From assembly GCA_013265495.1 (NCBI GenBank), contig MU058065.1, positions 8,432,302 to 8,471,633 on the forward strand: a stretch of 39,332 nt of DNA. Reading direction: 5' to 3'. Positions 14,441 to 25,850 of the stretch are shown here, one piece after another (within the stretch, counting starts at the first letter, position 1; each line of letters starts with the position of its first letter). A program made the translations under genes and the position numbers. The notes beneath the pieces were generated by a model, which saw nothing but the letters and a program-made list of their open reading frames with translations, did not search any database and was not told the origin of the DNA. Source of the stretch: Vicugna vicugna (Eukaryota).

Positions 14441-15827
14441 CTAAAAAAGTGCATTCAATTTATAAACACCCTAGCAATGATATTTCTTTATACAGATAAG
14501 TCATATGAAAAACTCTCCCCTAAAAAAGAAAACAAAGTCGATAGATTATAAAAATCAAAGCTTGCCAGTTCTTAAAGCTTTAAAAGATAACAATGCCTGC
14601 ACTTACGGCTTGTATCTGTTCATTAATCTGACAAACATTTGTTGAAGACAGTAGAACCTACCCTTGATAAGTCTGTCAAGTGTTAGAAGTTTCTATTTCT
14701 CACCATAGTGACCTGTTTTTGCAAGCTTTCCACACCAGCTAGTCTGTTCCTCCCTTCCCTATAAATGGCAAAGGCCCTCAGGTCTTTACGTCTACTTGTC
14801 GAAAACAGCAAAGGAATTTATACAAGTAATTTATACTTGATAACACTTAGAACACTGAAGTATTCACTGAGTCAAGTCTTGACATGTTAAGCTTCACGGT
14901 TCTAATTTTAGAACAAAAGATTTTTTTTAACTACTTACAGGAATTACAACCATCAAAAAATAGGCAGTTTCTTCTGAGTAGAAGATCCCTCAAAATCACA
15001 ACAGGCTCTAATATGGACTTGAGTTAGTTAAGAATGCTTTAAACAGTGAGTCAGAGTGGCCATCAATGGGCTCCCCAACACGCAGCCCCACCCCCATCCC
15101 CACCTCTTCCCCTCCCCCCACAGTGGGCCCTCAATCCCCTGTGGAGAAAAGTCTGCCTGGAAAAGCTGCTTAGGATACTTTTTTCACCTTTGTGGGGTTC
15201 AGAGAAGACTGTGTCCTGCTGTCACCAAATTATCCCAGGACTAGAATAGTCCTTCCCCTTCGACTTTGGTCCGTCCCTTCCGTTCCTTCGCGTTAGTCAG
15301 CTCCCTTGTCAAGTTCCCCGTTTCCCTCAATCCAGTCTTCAGCTTCTAATTCCTTTGGGCCATGATTCAGATTTATATTTTAAATTTTTCTTTATTTATA
15401 TTACTCTTTAATAAGTTCATACCATAACCTCTTTATCTGACCTCTAACACTTCTTCCTAATAGCGGTTATATAGTACACAGTTCATAAAAACTCTCCTAC
15501 CATTTGGGTATAAAAAACAAAGAAAAGTCTCATTCACATAGAATAGAAGAGAAAACCCTGGAAAAAGCATAAAAGAAGAATCTGCTTTTTAATAGGTTCT
15601 CCTGTTTAAAAAACAAACAGAAAAACTCCTAGCTTTCCCACAGAAAAAAAATAAAATAAAAAAGCATCCTAACTTTACTTCTTTCTAAAAGGTCAGAGTA
15701 TTTTTTATCTTTATTCTTCCATTAAATAGACAGCAAATGAGCCCTCAGTCTGACTGGGACCAGCCAATTACCCTCCCTTTCACTCAGTGCTCCTTCATCT
15801 AAAAAAATACAACTGGTTTCCTCTCAC

Positions 15828-15961
15828 CTGAAATAATCTCTGAAATTGAGGATTTGGAATTTTGGTGGTTGGAAATAAGTCTTCAATGGTGCCCTCCTCT
15901 TCATCTCTCTTTACCAAGCTCATGGAGTCAATCAAAGCATCAACAGCACTCAACTGCGCCT
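15828..15961 (-). CDS. XRCC5: Ku80 exon 13 (134 nt): (E)[44 protein letters not shown]
   Basis: Acceptor CCGTCTTAG|AG, donor CAG|GTGAGA; start of C-terminal arm (IPNPxFQR). Confidence 0.97.
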
Positions 15962-16064
15962 CTAAGACGGATACACAGCAGCAAAGAGAAATAATGATTA
16001 CTTCCATTATTCTCCAAAACAAACACTTTCCATTCATAGACATTCACAGCGCTGCTGGCAGGAT

Positions 16065-16200
16065 ATACAGTCCTGACTGTGCCAAAAGTACTTGCTAGTT
16101 ATGCAAGTCATTTAACCTGAGTCTTAATTTTCTCATCTGCATAAAGAGCTATTCAGAGTAGCTGGTACTTCTGAAGTACTTTCCAGCTCTACCATTCAGT
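16065..16200 (+). mobile_element. MIR/MIR3 core fragment
   Basis: GCAAGTCATTTAACCTGAGTCTTAATTTTCTCATCTG. Confidence 0.6.
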
Positions 16201-16794
16201 GAACTTTTGACAATGGAGCATCATATCAAAAGCAAAAGGGTTTGTTTCAGAAGAATGCACCACAGCCATACAAACCGAATTCCTATTTGGTACTTCAAAA
16301 TATTCAGTATTCACTGAATTGATATTTTAAAAAAATCAGTAATTAGGAAAGGAAAAAAACATTAAAAAAAAGAAAGAAAAAGAAAACCCTTCTGGTAACG
16401 AGGCATTAGCTTTATGAGAATTCAATATAACTTGTATCAGAGTATACCAACTTAACAGGAAGATGCCACCGGATCTGTCTGAGTGGATTCCTTTACAGTC
16501 TTCCCAAGTCAGAAAGAGTTCTTACCTCTCAACAAACCTCACAGCACTAATCATACTGACCTAGGTGCCTGTCTCTTTTTTTTTTATGTTTTTTAAAAAA
16601 TTGAAGTATAATTGACCTATAACACTATGTTAATTACAGGTGCACAACACAGTGCTTCGGTATTTTTATATTACAAATGATCAACACAATGAGCCTCCAT
16701 CACCAGAGTTATTACAACACTATTGACTATTCCCCATGCTTTACACCTTATCACTGTGACTTACTTATTTTATAACTACAAGTTTGTACCTCTT

Positions 16795-17590
16795 CTTTTT
16801 TTTAATTGAAGTATATAGTTCATTTACAATATTGTGTTAGTTCCTGGTGTACAGCAAAGTGATTCATCTATATATATATATATTCTTTTTCATATTCTTT
16901 TCCATTATAGGTTATTACAAGATACTGAATATAGTTCTCTGTGCTAAATAGTTATGTCCCTGTTGCTTATCTATTTTATATATAGTAGTGGGGGGAGGGT
17001 ATAGCTCAGTGGTAGAGTGTGTGCCTAGCACGCACAAGGTCCTGGGTTCAATTCCCAGTACCTCCATTAGTAAATAAACAAATAAATCTAATTACCAGCC
17101 ACCCCCCAAAAAAGGATTTAAGATCAAATATACATAGTAGTGTATATCTGTTAACCCTAAACTCCTAATTTATGCCTCCTTCCCTTCCCCTTTGGTAACC
17201 ATAAGTTTGTTCTCTGTATCTGCGAGTCCGTTCAGTTTTGTAAATAAGTTCATTTGTATCATTTTTTTAGATTCCACATATAAATGATACATGATATTTG
17301 TCTCTGATTTATTTTACTTAGTATGATAATCTCTAGGTCCACCCATGTTGTTGCAAATATTATTTCCTTCTTTTTATGGCTGAGTAATATTCCATTTTAT
17401 ATATCTATACCTATATCTATATCTGTATCTCACATCTTTACCCATTCATCTGTTGATGGACATTTAGGTTGCTTCCAAGTCTTTGCTACTGTAAATAGCG
17501 CTGCTATGAACACCGGAATGCATGTATCTTTTCAAATTAGTTTTTGTCTTTTCCAGATATATGCCCAGGAAGTGTGACTGCTGGATCAAG
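16795..17590 (-). mobile_element. Second 5'-truncated L1 3' end nested in the first
   Basis: Has its own T-tail and ATTGAAGTATA terminus; flanked by a 15-bp TSD AAGTTTGTACCTCTT (16780-16794) / AAGTCTGTACCTCTT (17591-17605). Confidence 0.85.
16991..17128 (+). mobile_element. tRNA-derived SINE (camelid vic-1-like) nested in the inner L1
   Basis: A box TAGCTCAGTGG, B box GGTTCAATTCC, A-rich tail; 14-bp TSD TATATATAGTAGTG (16977-16990) / TATACATAGTAGTG (17129-17142). Confidence 0.9.
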
Positions 17591-17868
17591 AAGTCTGTAC
17601 CTCTTAATCTCTCTCACCTATTTCACTCATCCACTTACTTAACTCCCCCCAGCAACTCCCAGTTCGTTCTCTGTATCTATGAGTGTGTTTCTGTTCTGTT
17701 CTGTTTGCTCATGTTTTTTTTTTTTTAGATTCCATATATAAGTGAAATCATATGGTATTTGTCTTTCTTTGTCTGACTTATTTCACTTAGAATAATGTCT
17801 TCTAAGTCCATCTATGTTGTTGCAAATGACAAGATTTCATTCTTTTTTATGGCTGAGAAATATTCCAC

Positions 17869-17899
<31 letters not shown>

Positions 17900-19934
17900 A
17901 TGTGTATATGTGTACACCGCATCTTCTTTGTCCCTTCATCTATCAACAGACACTTAGGTTCCTTCCATATCTTGGCTATTATAAATAATGCAGCAATGAA
18001 CATAGGTGTGCATGTATTTTTCTGAATTAGCGTTTTTGACCTCTTTGGGAAAATACCCAGAAGTAGAATTGCTGGATTGTATGACAGTTCTATTTTTAAT
18101 TTTTTGAGAAATTTCCATACTGTTTTTCATAGCAGCTGTACCAATTTACATTCCCAACAACAGGTTCCCTTTTCTCCACATCCTCACCAACATGTGCTGT
18201 TTAACGAAACTTTTTGGTAATAGCTATTCTGATAGGTGTGGGGTGATACCTCACGGTGGTTTTAATTTGCATTTCCCTGATGATTAATGATGCTGAGCAT
18301 CTTTCCATGTGTCTGCTGGCCGTCTGTATGCCTTCTTTGGAAAAACTGCCTGCATACATTTCTTAATTGACTCCATTCAAATTGTAAAGATCCTTGAGAA
18401 CAGAAACGTGACAGCCTCTTCTTTATGTCTCTCCTAATACTGACCAGAAAGCAAGTGCTCCCCAATAAAAATCAATGAAATGAGTCAGTGAAAATGGTAC
18501 AGCCCAAAGCAATGTGGATGAAAAGAAACCCTCCCCAAAATACTTCTACTTAAACTACCATGTGTAATTTTCATTCTGCCGATTCATTCAGCAGTTCAGT
18601 CGTTAAAAGCTGAAGCACTATTCTCGGATCTTTCACAGTCCCTAGACAAAAGATGGAAAAGAATAAGCAGTTCCTAAAAGTCCATTATACTTCTGTTCTT
18701 CACCTTTTCAACCATCCCTTTAGGACAGCTACTTGAAATGAAAGAGCATACAGATATTTATCATGAGACATTTCTATTCCATTTTTGGACTTTCAAGGGC
18801 AGGTTTGAAGCCGGGTACAGCCATCACCATCTTAAGCTGACTACTGCAGAGCCTACCTGGCAACGGAAGGAGGTGGTGCCTGTGTCTGTGAACATTCAGT
18901 GATTCTCTGCTACTACAAGCTAGTATCAGGCAGATCACTCTGGCATTGTACACCCCTACCTAAATGTTGACTTGGGAACTACACAAAACAATTTTAATGA
19001 TTCATTTTTCCAACAGAGCAAATGCAAACAAAAATAGGTCAACTTACAGAAAATAAATTAACAGATCAAAAAATATTTAATGTTTTAGATTCTGAGTGAT
19101 TTATAGCTAAATCTCTTAACAAAGTTCTCTTCTTGAAATATTCTTCTTAGTTACAGTTTGGAATTACCAAGAGGTAGAGACAGAATCCTGCAACATGCCG
19201 GCACCTTCTACACATCCATGTCCACGCCTGGCTCCACATGACGTAGAGAGACTCATTTCCAGAAGGTAAAGATGCAAGCCCTAGGGGCCCAGCTGAGTCT
19301 TGGCTTTCGTCCTGCACCCTGCTCCCAGCATACAGAGAGCGCCCAGTCCGGAGGCGTCCCTCATAGTTCCCCAATCCTACACCGACACACATTTCAACTT
19401 GTAAATTAAAACATTTACTTGTCATTTTGTGTTCTTTTTGGTATGTCTCTACCTTCAGCCCACTATTTTATAATTTATTTGTTGATAAAACTGAGAGATC
19501 TCTGCAAGACAGGATCTGCGTCTGTGAGAATCATTCTGTGCAGCGCCCTGACACCTGCAGCCAGATGCTGTTTAATAAAGATCTTTTCTTATTAAGCTCC
19601 CAGGAGTTCCTGGCAACGAGGAACAACAGGACTTGGACTGTTTATGTAAACCTCAAAGGATCTCCAGCACTGTAACTTTTTGGTTCAAAGTTACATCACA
19701 TTATATATAGGACGCTAGTCATGGGTTAGATACTACATGTCAACTCATTTCAGCAGAGGGTAAACCTTCTGCTCAAAATTAGAGAATGTACATCCATTCC
19801 AAGCTGCTTTCCAGATATAAGCTCCAAGTCAGAAGGAGGAAACTAGTGAATGTTTGGAGAGTTTGGGTCAAACTATCCCTACCACTGGGAAAAAAATCAC
19901 CATCATCATTACTATATACGAGCGTGACTAGAAC

Positions 19935-20104
19935 ATGGGATCCACTTAAATGCGGATTCTGAGTTATGTATGTACTACATTACTACACAAACTGAGATTG
20001 GTTGAATCTGCAAATAGAGAATGGAGGACCAACTGTAAAGTTACATGTGGATTTCTGATGGAGGGTGTGGGGTTCCAACCCTTTCATTGTTCAAGGGTCA
20101 ACTG
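19935..20104. mobile_element. Tigger-family MITE fragment (MER8/Tigger2-like)
   Basis: Ends in the terminal inverted repeat TTGTTCAAGGGTCAACTG followed by TA. Confidence 0.7.
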
Positions 20105-20214
20105 TAACTCCACCTTGAGAAATTCTAGCCCTCAGCAATGACTGCAGACAGGTGATTTCCCCAAAACAGTCTGTGTTTAGAGCCAGTCTGTGAGCAAAAT
20201 GGAAATAAACTCAC

Positions 20215-20305
20215 CTGTAGGAGTGCATTTCTTCTTATTTTGCAAGGATGAAAACATGTACTGTCGCAAGTCTTCCATGAAAGGCAGCTGTATGTACGTT
20301 AAACA
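20215..20305 (-). CDS. XRCC5: Ku80 exon 12 (91 nt): [30 protein letters not shown](E)
   Basis: Acceptor TCTTTCTTATTAG|TGT, donor CAG|GTGAGT; Ku signature QLPFxEDLR. Confidence 0.97.
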
Positions 20306-20936
20306 CTAATAAGAAAGAATGGAGGTAGAATCAGAAGCAGCGAAATTCATGGAAAAACTTAAAACTGGTCCCAAATGCTGTGAAAGTGGCCCAACAAAAG
20401 TATTTCAAAAATCAGATGGCTGAAGTCAGGGACATGGAAAGTAAAATGTTCTGATTTCTGTGATTAGCTGTACACAACTACAACCAGTTCTCTGTAAGAA
20501 TATTAAACATAGAAGAAATGCTTAAAAGAAAGACTATCAAAGAATAGCTACAAAATGCATAACCAACATAACACATGAGAAGAGTCTCGGTGATTGGCAG
20601 GCTGATGTGGAAGTCAAGTCACTTGCCTTCTCATTCCACTTCTACTACAGTAGGTTCTCTGAGAAATAGGAAATGGCAAGGAATCTACACCTGTATTTTA
20701 AATAGGAGAGCCCTAAATATTTCACCAGGATCACAAATAAAATCACACCCTCAATCTTTATCCATATTAAAGACTGCTGCAGAAAGGCAGGTAATCTGTA
20801 TTCTCTGTAGGTTCTGAGAAGTCAAGAAGGATGACAAGGGAGAGGTCACTGGATTGGTTGGGCAAACAGAAGGTCATGGTTAACCTTGACTAATTTAACA
20901 AAAAGCTCCTTGCACACTTTTACAATCTGTGTTCTT

Positions 20937-21107
20937 TCGTTGCAACTGGAAGTGTGGTTCACAGACAAACAGCAACAGCATTATTTGGGAGTTTGTGAGA
21001 AGTGCAGAATCTCAGGGCCCCCTCCCCAGACCTACAGAATCAGAACCTGCCTTTTAAAAAAGACCCCCCAGGTAATTCCCATGCACGTTAACAGTTGAGG
21101 AGCACTG
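20937..21107. mobile_element. hAT-Charlie MITE (MER5A1-like)
   Basis: AAGTGTGGT...GCAGAATCTCAGGGCCCC...CCAGACCTAC...TTGAGGAGCACTG matches the recalled consensus. Confidence 0.8.
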
Positions 21108-21167
21108 TTTAGAATCAAGAACTGAAGGGGGAAAAAAATAATGTGAATAAAAACCTGCAGGTCTTAC

Positions 21168-21305
21168 CTCATAGGCGTCCTTGATATAAGGAAAAGCCAC
21201 ACCAACTTGAGGATTAGCCCTTCTGTCATAAGCATATCGAACTACAGCCACCATGTCTAATTCATCCAAAGCATGAATCAGGGAGGAAAGGGCAACTGCT
21301 GCCGC
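21168..21305 (-). CDS. XRCC5: Ku80 exon 11 (138 nt): [46 protein letters not shown]
   Basis: Acceptor CTTTCTTACCAG|GCG, donor GAG|GTAAGA. Confidence 0.97.
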
Positions 21306-21552
21306 CTGGTAAGAAAGATGCTTGTGTTAACACATACGCAGCACACGAGACTAAATACTTAGGAGACTGTTATCCACTTTCTTCCTGGTCCAGATTTCTT
21401 TTTAAGCATCCCTCTACTCGCTTTAAGGCCACACTCTACATATTTGCATTTGATCACATTTACTGTACCTCTTCTGGAACTTTCCTTCCTTATGTGAATC
21501 TTCTCTCTTATCCCTTCAGTCTTCCTTCTCTGAATTCATACCCTCAACTCTC

Positions 21553-21590
21553 TAAACAAAATCTTTCTTTGTAAACAAAATCTTTCTTTG
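21553..21590. repeat. 19-bp perfect tandem duplication TAAACAAAATCTTTCTTTG x2
   Basis: Read directly from the sequence. Confidence 0.9.
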
Positions 21591-21689
21591 CCCCTTCTAT
21601 AAATGACTATCTGTATCTTTCTTTTCCTTCATCTTTAAATTTCATGAAATTAAAATCTTGCTGTTTCACTGCTTAAAACACAATTACTC

Positions 21690-22705
21690 TTCTTCAATCT
21701 AATCCAGCTACTGACCCCACTTCTTTACTGAAATCATCCTCTGAAGTCCCCCATGATCTCCAAATTGCCAAATTCTTGGTTCCCATTGTATTTGTTTAAA
21801 CTTTCAGTAGCATCTGACCATCTCTCTTTCTCTACACTTTCTCCTTCTGTGGCCTCAGAAACAACACTCTCCCGTGATTACTCCACTTCTGTGGACCACT
21901 CCTACCTCAGCCTTCTCTTCTTTTAACTAATCTTGAAATTCTGTTCTTGGCCTTTCTCTCCTCCTTTCTCTCTAAACTCTACTTGGGATTATTTATTTTA
22001 TCCAGTCCCATGAGTTGATCAATCAAAAATCTGTATATTCAGCTTTAAAACTCTCCTAAGATCCAGACTTACACAGCCTACTAGCTGGCAGATAACTCAT
22101 ACAGTTATACCTCGGTATCTCAAACTGTCCACGACCAAAACTAAGCTGTCTTGCCCCTCTTCTCCTCCTGTATTCCCTACTTCCATTAACACCACCTCCC
22201 AGTCAACCAAACGAGAAGCCCTAAAGTCCTCAATGATGCCACCTTACCATCCTCACCTTCAAGTGTTCACCAAACTCTACCAATTCTATCTCTAAGCCGT
22301 CTTTCAAATTCTATCCATTCTCTTTGATCACTGCCTCCCTTGTTCCTAGGGCTGATCATGTCACTCTCTTCCATAAAAACCTCCAAAGGCTCCTCTATTC
22401 TAGCCTCAGTGAGCTGATCACCATTCCTGGGCAAGTCGTGTACTTTCTCTCCTCGGTAGATTTTTGCTTACACAGTTTCCTCCTCAGTAGATTTTTGCTT
22501 ACACAGTTTCCTCCTAGCTAGAATGTCCTCTCCATTTCTCTGGCTCTCAAGCTTCTAACCCATTTTCAAGGCTTGGTAAACTGACAAGCTCTTCATTTCA
22601 GATTTGCTTAAGTCAGTTGTCTCCCTCTCCGTAACTCCCCAAACACTTTTCTCAGTGTTACCGCTAACCTTTATCAAAGTTAGCTGTGAATATTCCCATC
22701 TCTTC
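21690..22705 (+). mobile_element. L2 fragment (degenerate)
   Basis: Pyrimidine-rich L2 motifs ATGATCTCCAAATTGCCAAAT, CTCTCCTAAGATCCAGAC, CTAGAATGTCCTCTCC. Confidence 0.6.
22449..22515. repeat. 31-bp tandem duplication (1 mismatch) plus CTCCT microhomology
   Basis: CTCCTC(G/A)GTAGATTTTTGCTTACACAGTTTC x2. Confidence 0.9.
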
Positions 22706-22779
22706 CACTAAAAGCTTATGACATCGATTCCCTACTATCAAAATCCTCCACAGATTTCATGATAGATCAATTACCTTTT

Positions 22780-22935
22780 CAGTTCAATTCAAGGAATGTT
22801 TACTTAGTGCCTACTCTTTCCTAGGTACCATCTTAGGTTGTAAGAAAACAAAGTTGAGTCCCTGGTCTCAATGAGCTAGTATCTTCTTTACTAGCAGAAA
22901 TGAGATATGTAACAAGTACAGAATGTGTATATTCT
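22780..22935 (-). mobile_element. L2 3' end, antisense
   Basis: TTCAATTCAAGGAATGTTTACTTAGTGCCTAC...GTCCCTGGTCTCAATGAGCT. Confidence 0.55.
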
Positions 22936-24286
22936 AGCAAGTCCCATAAGAGAGACTAGATAAGAAAGATGGGAGTCTGAAGAAGAGATTACTTCCAACT
23001 TGTTTCTAAGTTTTTATTGGGGTGTCTTTGATAGGACCAACTGGGATATTTAAAGGAAGGAAGGACAGGGTCATGAATGACTGCTGTATTATAACACAGT
23101 AATACACCTGTGGGAAACTCAATCAAAGCTCCATTTCTTTCTCTCTCTCTTCTCCCCTTCTCTTCCACATACAATGCAAATCAGCACATTAAAGTGTAGA
23201 TTCTCTATACCAAAAAAAAAAATTATATACTAATGACCAGAGAAAACATTTTTAAAATGAATTATTCATAGAATAATCAAATATTTGCATTGAAAACCAA
23301 AAATATTCATCTAGTTTAATAATCCACATGATGAAGGAATTCCTATTGCCAACATCTGGTTGGTAGAGGCACTGCTTAGAAATGTACAGGAATGGGGATC
23401 TGACCATCTCACAAGGAACCAATCCATTTGGAGATAGTAATCCTTGCTGACAAAATAATTCTTCAACTTGAACAAAACTACCACTCATTGGTTCCAATCT
23501 ACCCTCTAGTGGAAGCACAGTATAGTTTCTACTCCATATGATAATCTACGTATAAGAAGGTTACGACGTCTCTTATCCCTCCTACTCCCCCACCTACCTG
23601 CACAAGTCTACTCCACGCAGTCTTTTACTGAAGTCCTCACATGACAGTTTCTTTACTCCTCTGCTTATCTCAAAAGCTCCTATTAGTTAATATTATTCCT
23701 TGACAGTGACGTCAAGAGTTTACACCAATGAGTAGCCCTTTGCCATCAGTAGATGAAATTGTTTTTCCTGAGTGACTCAAGGTAACCCTGTGATCTATAG
23801 GGCTCTCTGTATCAGGCTGGATTTGAATCATGCAAGCCACAAGGCTGCCCTGAGCTAGCAAGTCTAGATTATCACTGGAGTTTCACACAGCTTTGTGATA
23901 CGACTTTCCTCACTGCATACCCAGCAATCATATGATGTGATCAGAATTTTCTTTGTGTAAAGGGACATTAAGTTAGAGTTAAAATTTTAGCAGAAGTTAA
24001 ACATGAAGTTAAGTTATATTGACAATATATACCAGAACTGCATGATTCCCAAAAAGATTTGACTCAGGAGAAATCCATGAACTCGGAGTCTCAAATCTAA
24101 GGATTCGCAAACACCTACTGTGCTCTAGTGAATCTGTTCAGTACTAAGAGGAAGCCAAGCATTTCCTTCTCCCAGTTTCAGGTTTTAACAGAACAATAGC
24201 ATATGCTTTCACTAAATCAGCAGTCAGCTATCCTTCAGAAGTGAGGAGAAAAAGAGGACTGTATCACTACCCTTCCCCCCACCCCA

Positions 24287-24374
24287 AACCAGCCTGCCAC
24301 GTCCAGTTTACCACTTCCAAGTACAAGTAAAACCAGCCTGCCACGTCCAGTTTACCACTTCCAAGTATAAGTAA
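24287..24374. repeat. 44-bp tandem duplication (1 mismatch)
   Basis: AACCAGCCTGCCACGTCCAGTTTACCACTTCCAAGTA(C/T)AAGTAA x2. Confidence 0.92.
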
Positions 24375-25030
24375 CTCCTGGAGCTTGGAGATCTGCTTAA
24401 ATAGTCTTAAACAGACGCTAGATGGTAATCTTCCAGTCAACATCAATATCTCTAGAAATAACAAGTTTTGACTTGAAGACTACATAGAAAATATTTATAG
24501 AGAGGGCAGGTGTGAGTGTAGGATGCAACAGTTGTGAGCTGTTAGCCAGGCAGAAACCAGCCTGAAAACAGACTCTCTTCGGGAGGTAGAAACAGAATGA
24601 AAAGGGAGAAGGGAGGGAGATAAGACATATATCTCAGTGATGGACATGGTCCAGTGAGCCAGGGAGGCTCATCTCCAGGATGCTTAAGCCAACACTAAAT
24701 GTGCTATTTATGAAAATGAAAAATTTAACCTGACCCCAGCCTTCCTGAGCATGTGACCATAAGATTCCTATACCTAAGTGTATTTGTTCAAATGTTTTGG
24801 TTTTTAATACTCACCTGGCCTTCAGTTGCAGCACTATGTCCTCAGGCCTTGTGCCCATGCTATGACCCATTCATTCATCATTTCTCCACTTTCAGAGTTA
24901 AAGGTCAGTGAATTTTCCCGCTACTGTTACAAGAGTTAATGTCATTTGAAACTATAAAAGCCCCAGACAACTCACTTAAAATGACAATTCAATCCTGTGG
25001 CATTACCTCAAAGACCCACTGTCAACTCAC

Positions 25031-25093
25031 CTCATCATCTTTTGCTGCAAAGACCTTTAGAACTTGATTTCCCATAAAATATTTCCTGTGGAC
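25031..25093 (-). CDS. XRCC5: Ku80 exon 10 (63 nt): VHRKYFMGNQVLKVFAAKDDE
   Basis: Acceptor CTCTTGTAG|GTC, donor GAG|GTGAGT; matches FMGNQVLKVFAA. Confidence 0.96.
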
Positions 25094-25244
25094 CTACAAG
25101 AGTAAGTGAGGAAAAGAACTGGTTTTGATCCAAAATAAGAAACACAAAAAACCATAAAGTTGCAAGTTACTAAGAAATTCTATTCAAAATGCTCTTACTG
25201 TAAAACATTCACTGGTACTAGAAACAACTTACTACTTAAGGGTC

Positions 25245-25850
25245 AAATCAATTGAGCACAATAAATAAATGAGCACCTAGTTTATGTCGAACATTGTTCT
25301 GGGCACTGTAAACACACTAATGAATAGGTATAGCTATGTCTTGAGGAGCTTAGATAAATAAACATGAAATTAACTGCAATGCACTGTTACCACACAGGGC
25401 TTCCAGTGCACAAGAGTACAGTATTACAGTGCAGTGCCACAAGAGCACATAAGAAGGCCATCTAGCTTGGTCACAGGGAGGGTCACAGAAAGTTTCTGCA
25501 AATGGTGACACTTAAGTCAAGACTTACAGGATGTAAAGGAACTAACTACAATGAAAGTCTGGACACAAGTGTCCCGGGCAGAGATGATAGTGTGAATGAG
25601 TCTGGAGTGACATAAACATGTAGTACATTTGGGGAACTGCCTTTAGAGTAGTGTGACCACAGTGCAAGCAGAAAGCTGAAAAGTTAGACCAGCGAGATTA
25701 GCAAAGATCAGATCATGAAACTTCTTGTGAGCAAAGTTAAGTGGTTTGGGCTTCATCCTAAGAGCAGTGACAAGGCACTGATGAACTGCAAAGAGACTAG
25801 AGTGAAGAACTAATTAGAGGGGCAGGACTGGAGGAAGGGAAGCCAGTTAA
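25245..25850 (-). mobile_element. L2 fragment, antisense
   Basis: TGAGCACCTAGTTTATGTC...GTTCTGGGCACTG...GAGGAGCTTAG; GGACTGGAGGAAGGGAAGCCAGTTA. Confidence 0.65.

Larger units (their letters stand above)
16577..18348 (-). mobile_element. 5'-truncated L1 (3' end, L1M-type), outer element, interrupted at 16795-17590
   Basis: T-tail at ~16577; antisense L1 3'UTR/ORF2-end motifs (ATTTGCATTTCCCTGATGATTA, TTTTTAATTTTTTGAGAAA); ORF2 C-terminal remnant MFIAALFIIAKIWKEPKC. Confidence 0.85.

Noticed and set aside
16991..17065. tRNA-like sequences here and at 28280 and 28439
   Set aside because: A-rich tails, TSDs and degenerate arms identify them as SINEs, not tRNA genes.
17323..18465. Several 60-85 aa ORFs, including MFIAALFIIAKIWKEPKC
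   Set aside because: Decayed L1 ORF2 C-terminus and antisense L1 frames, not host genes.
21553..24374. Direct repeats considered as a CRISPR-like array
   Set aside because: Two-copy head-to-tail duplications without spacers, in a mammalian intron.
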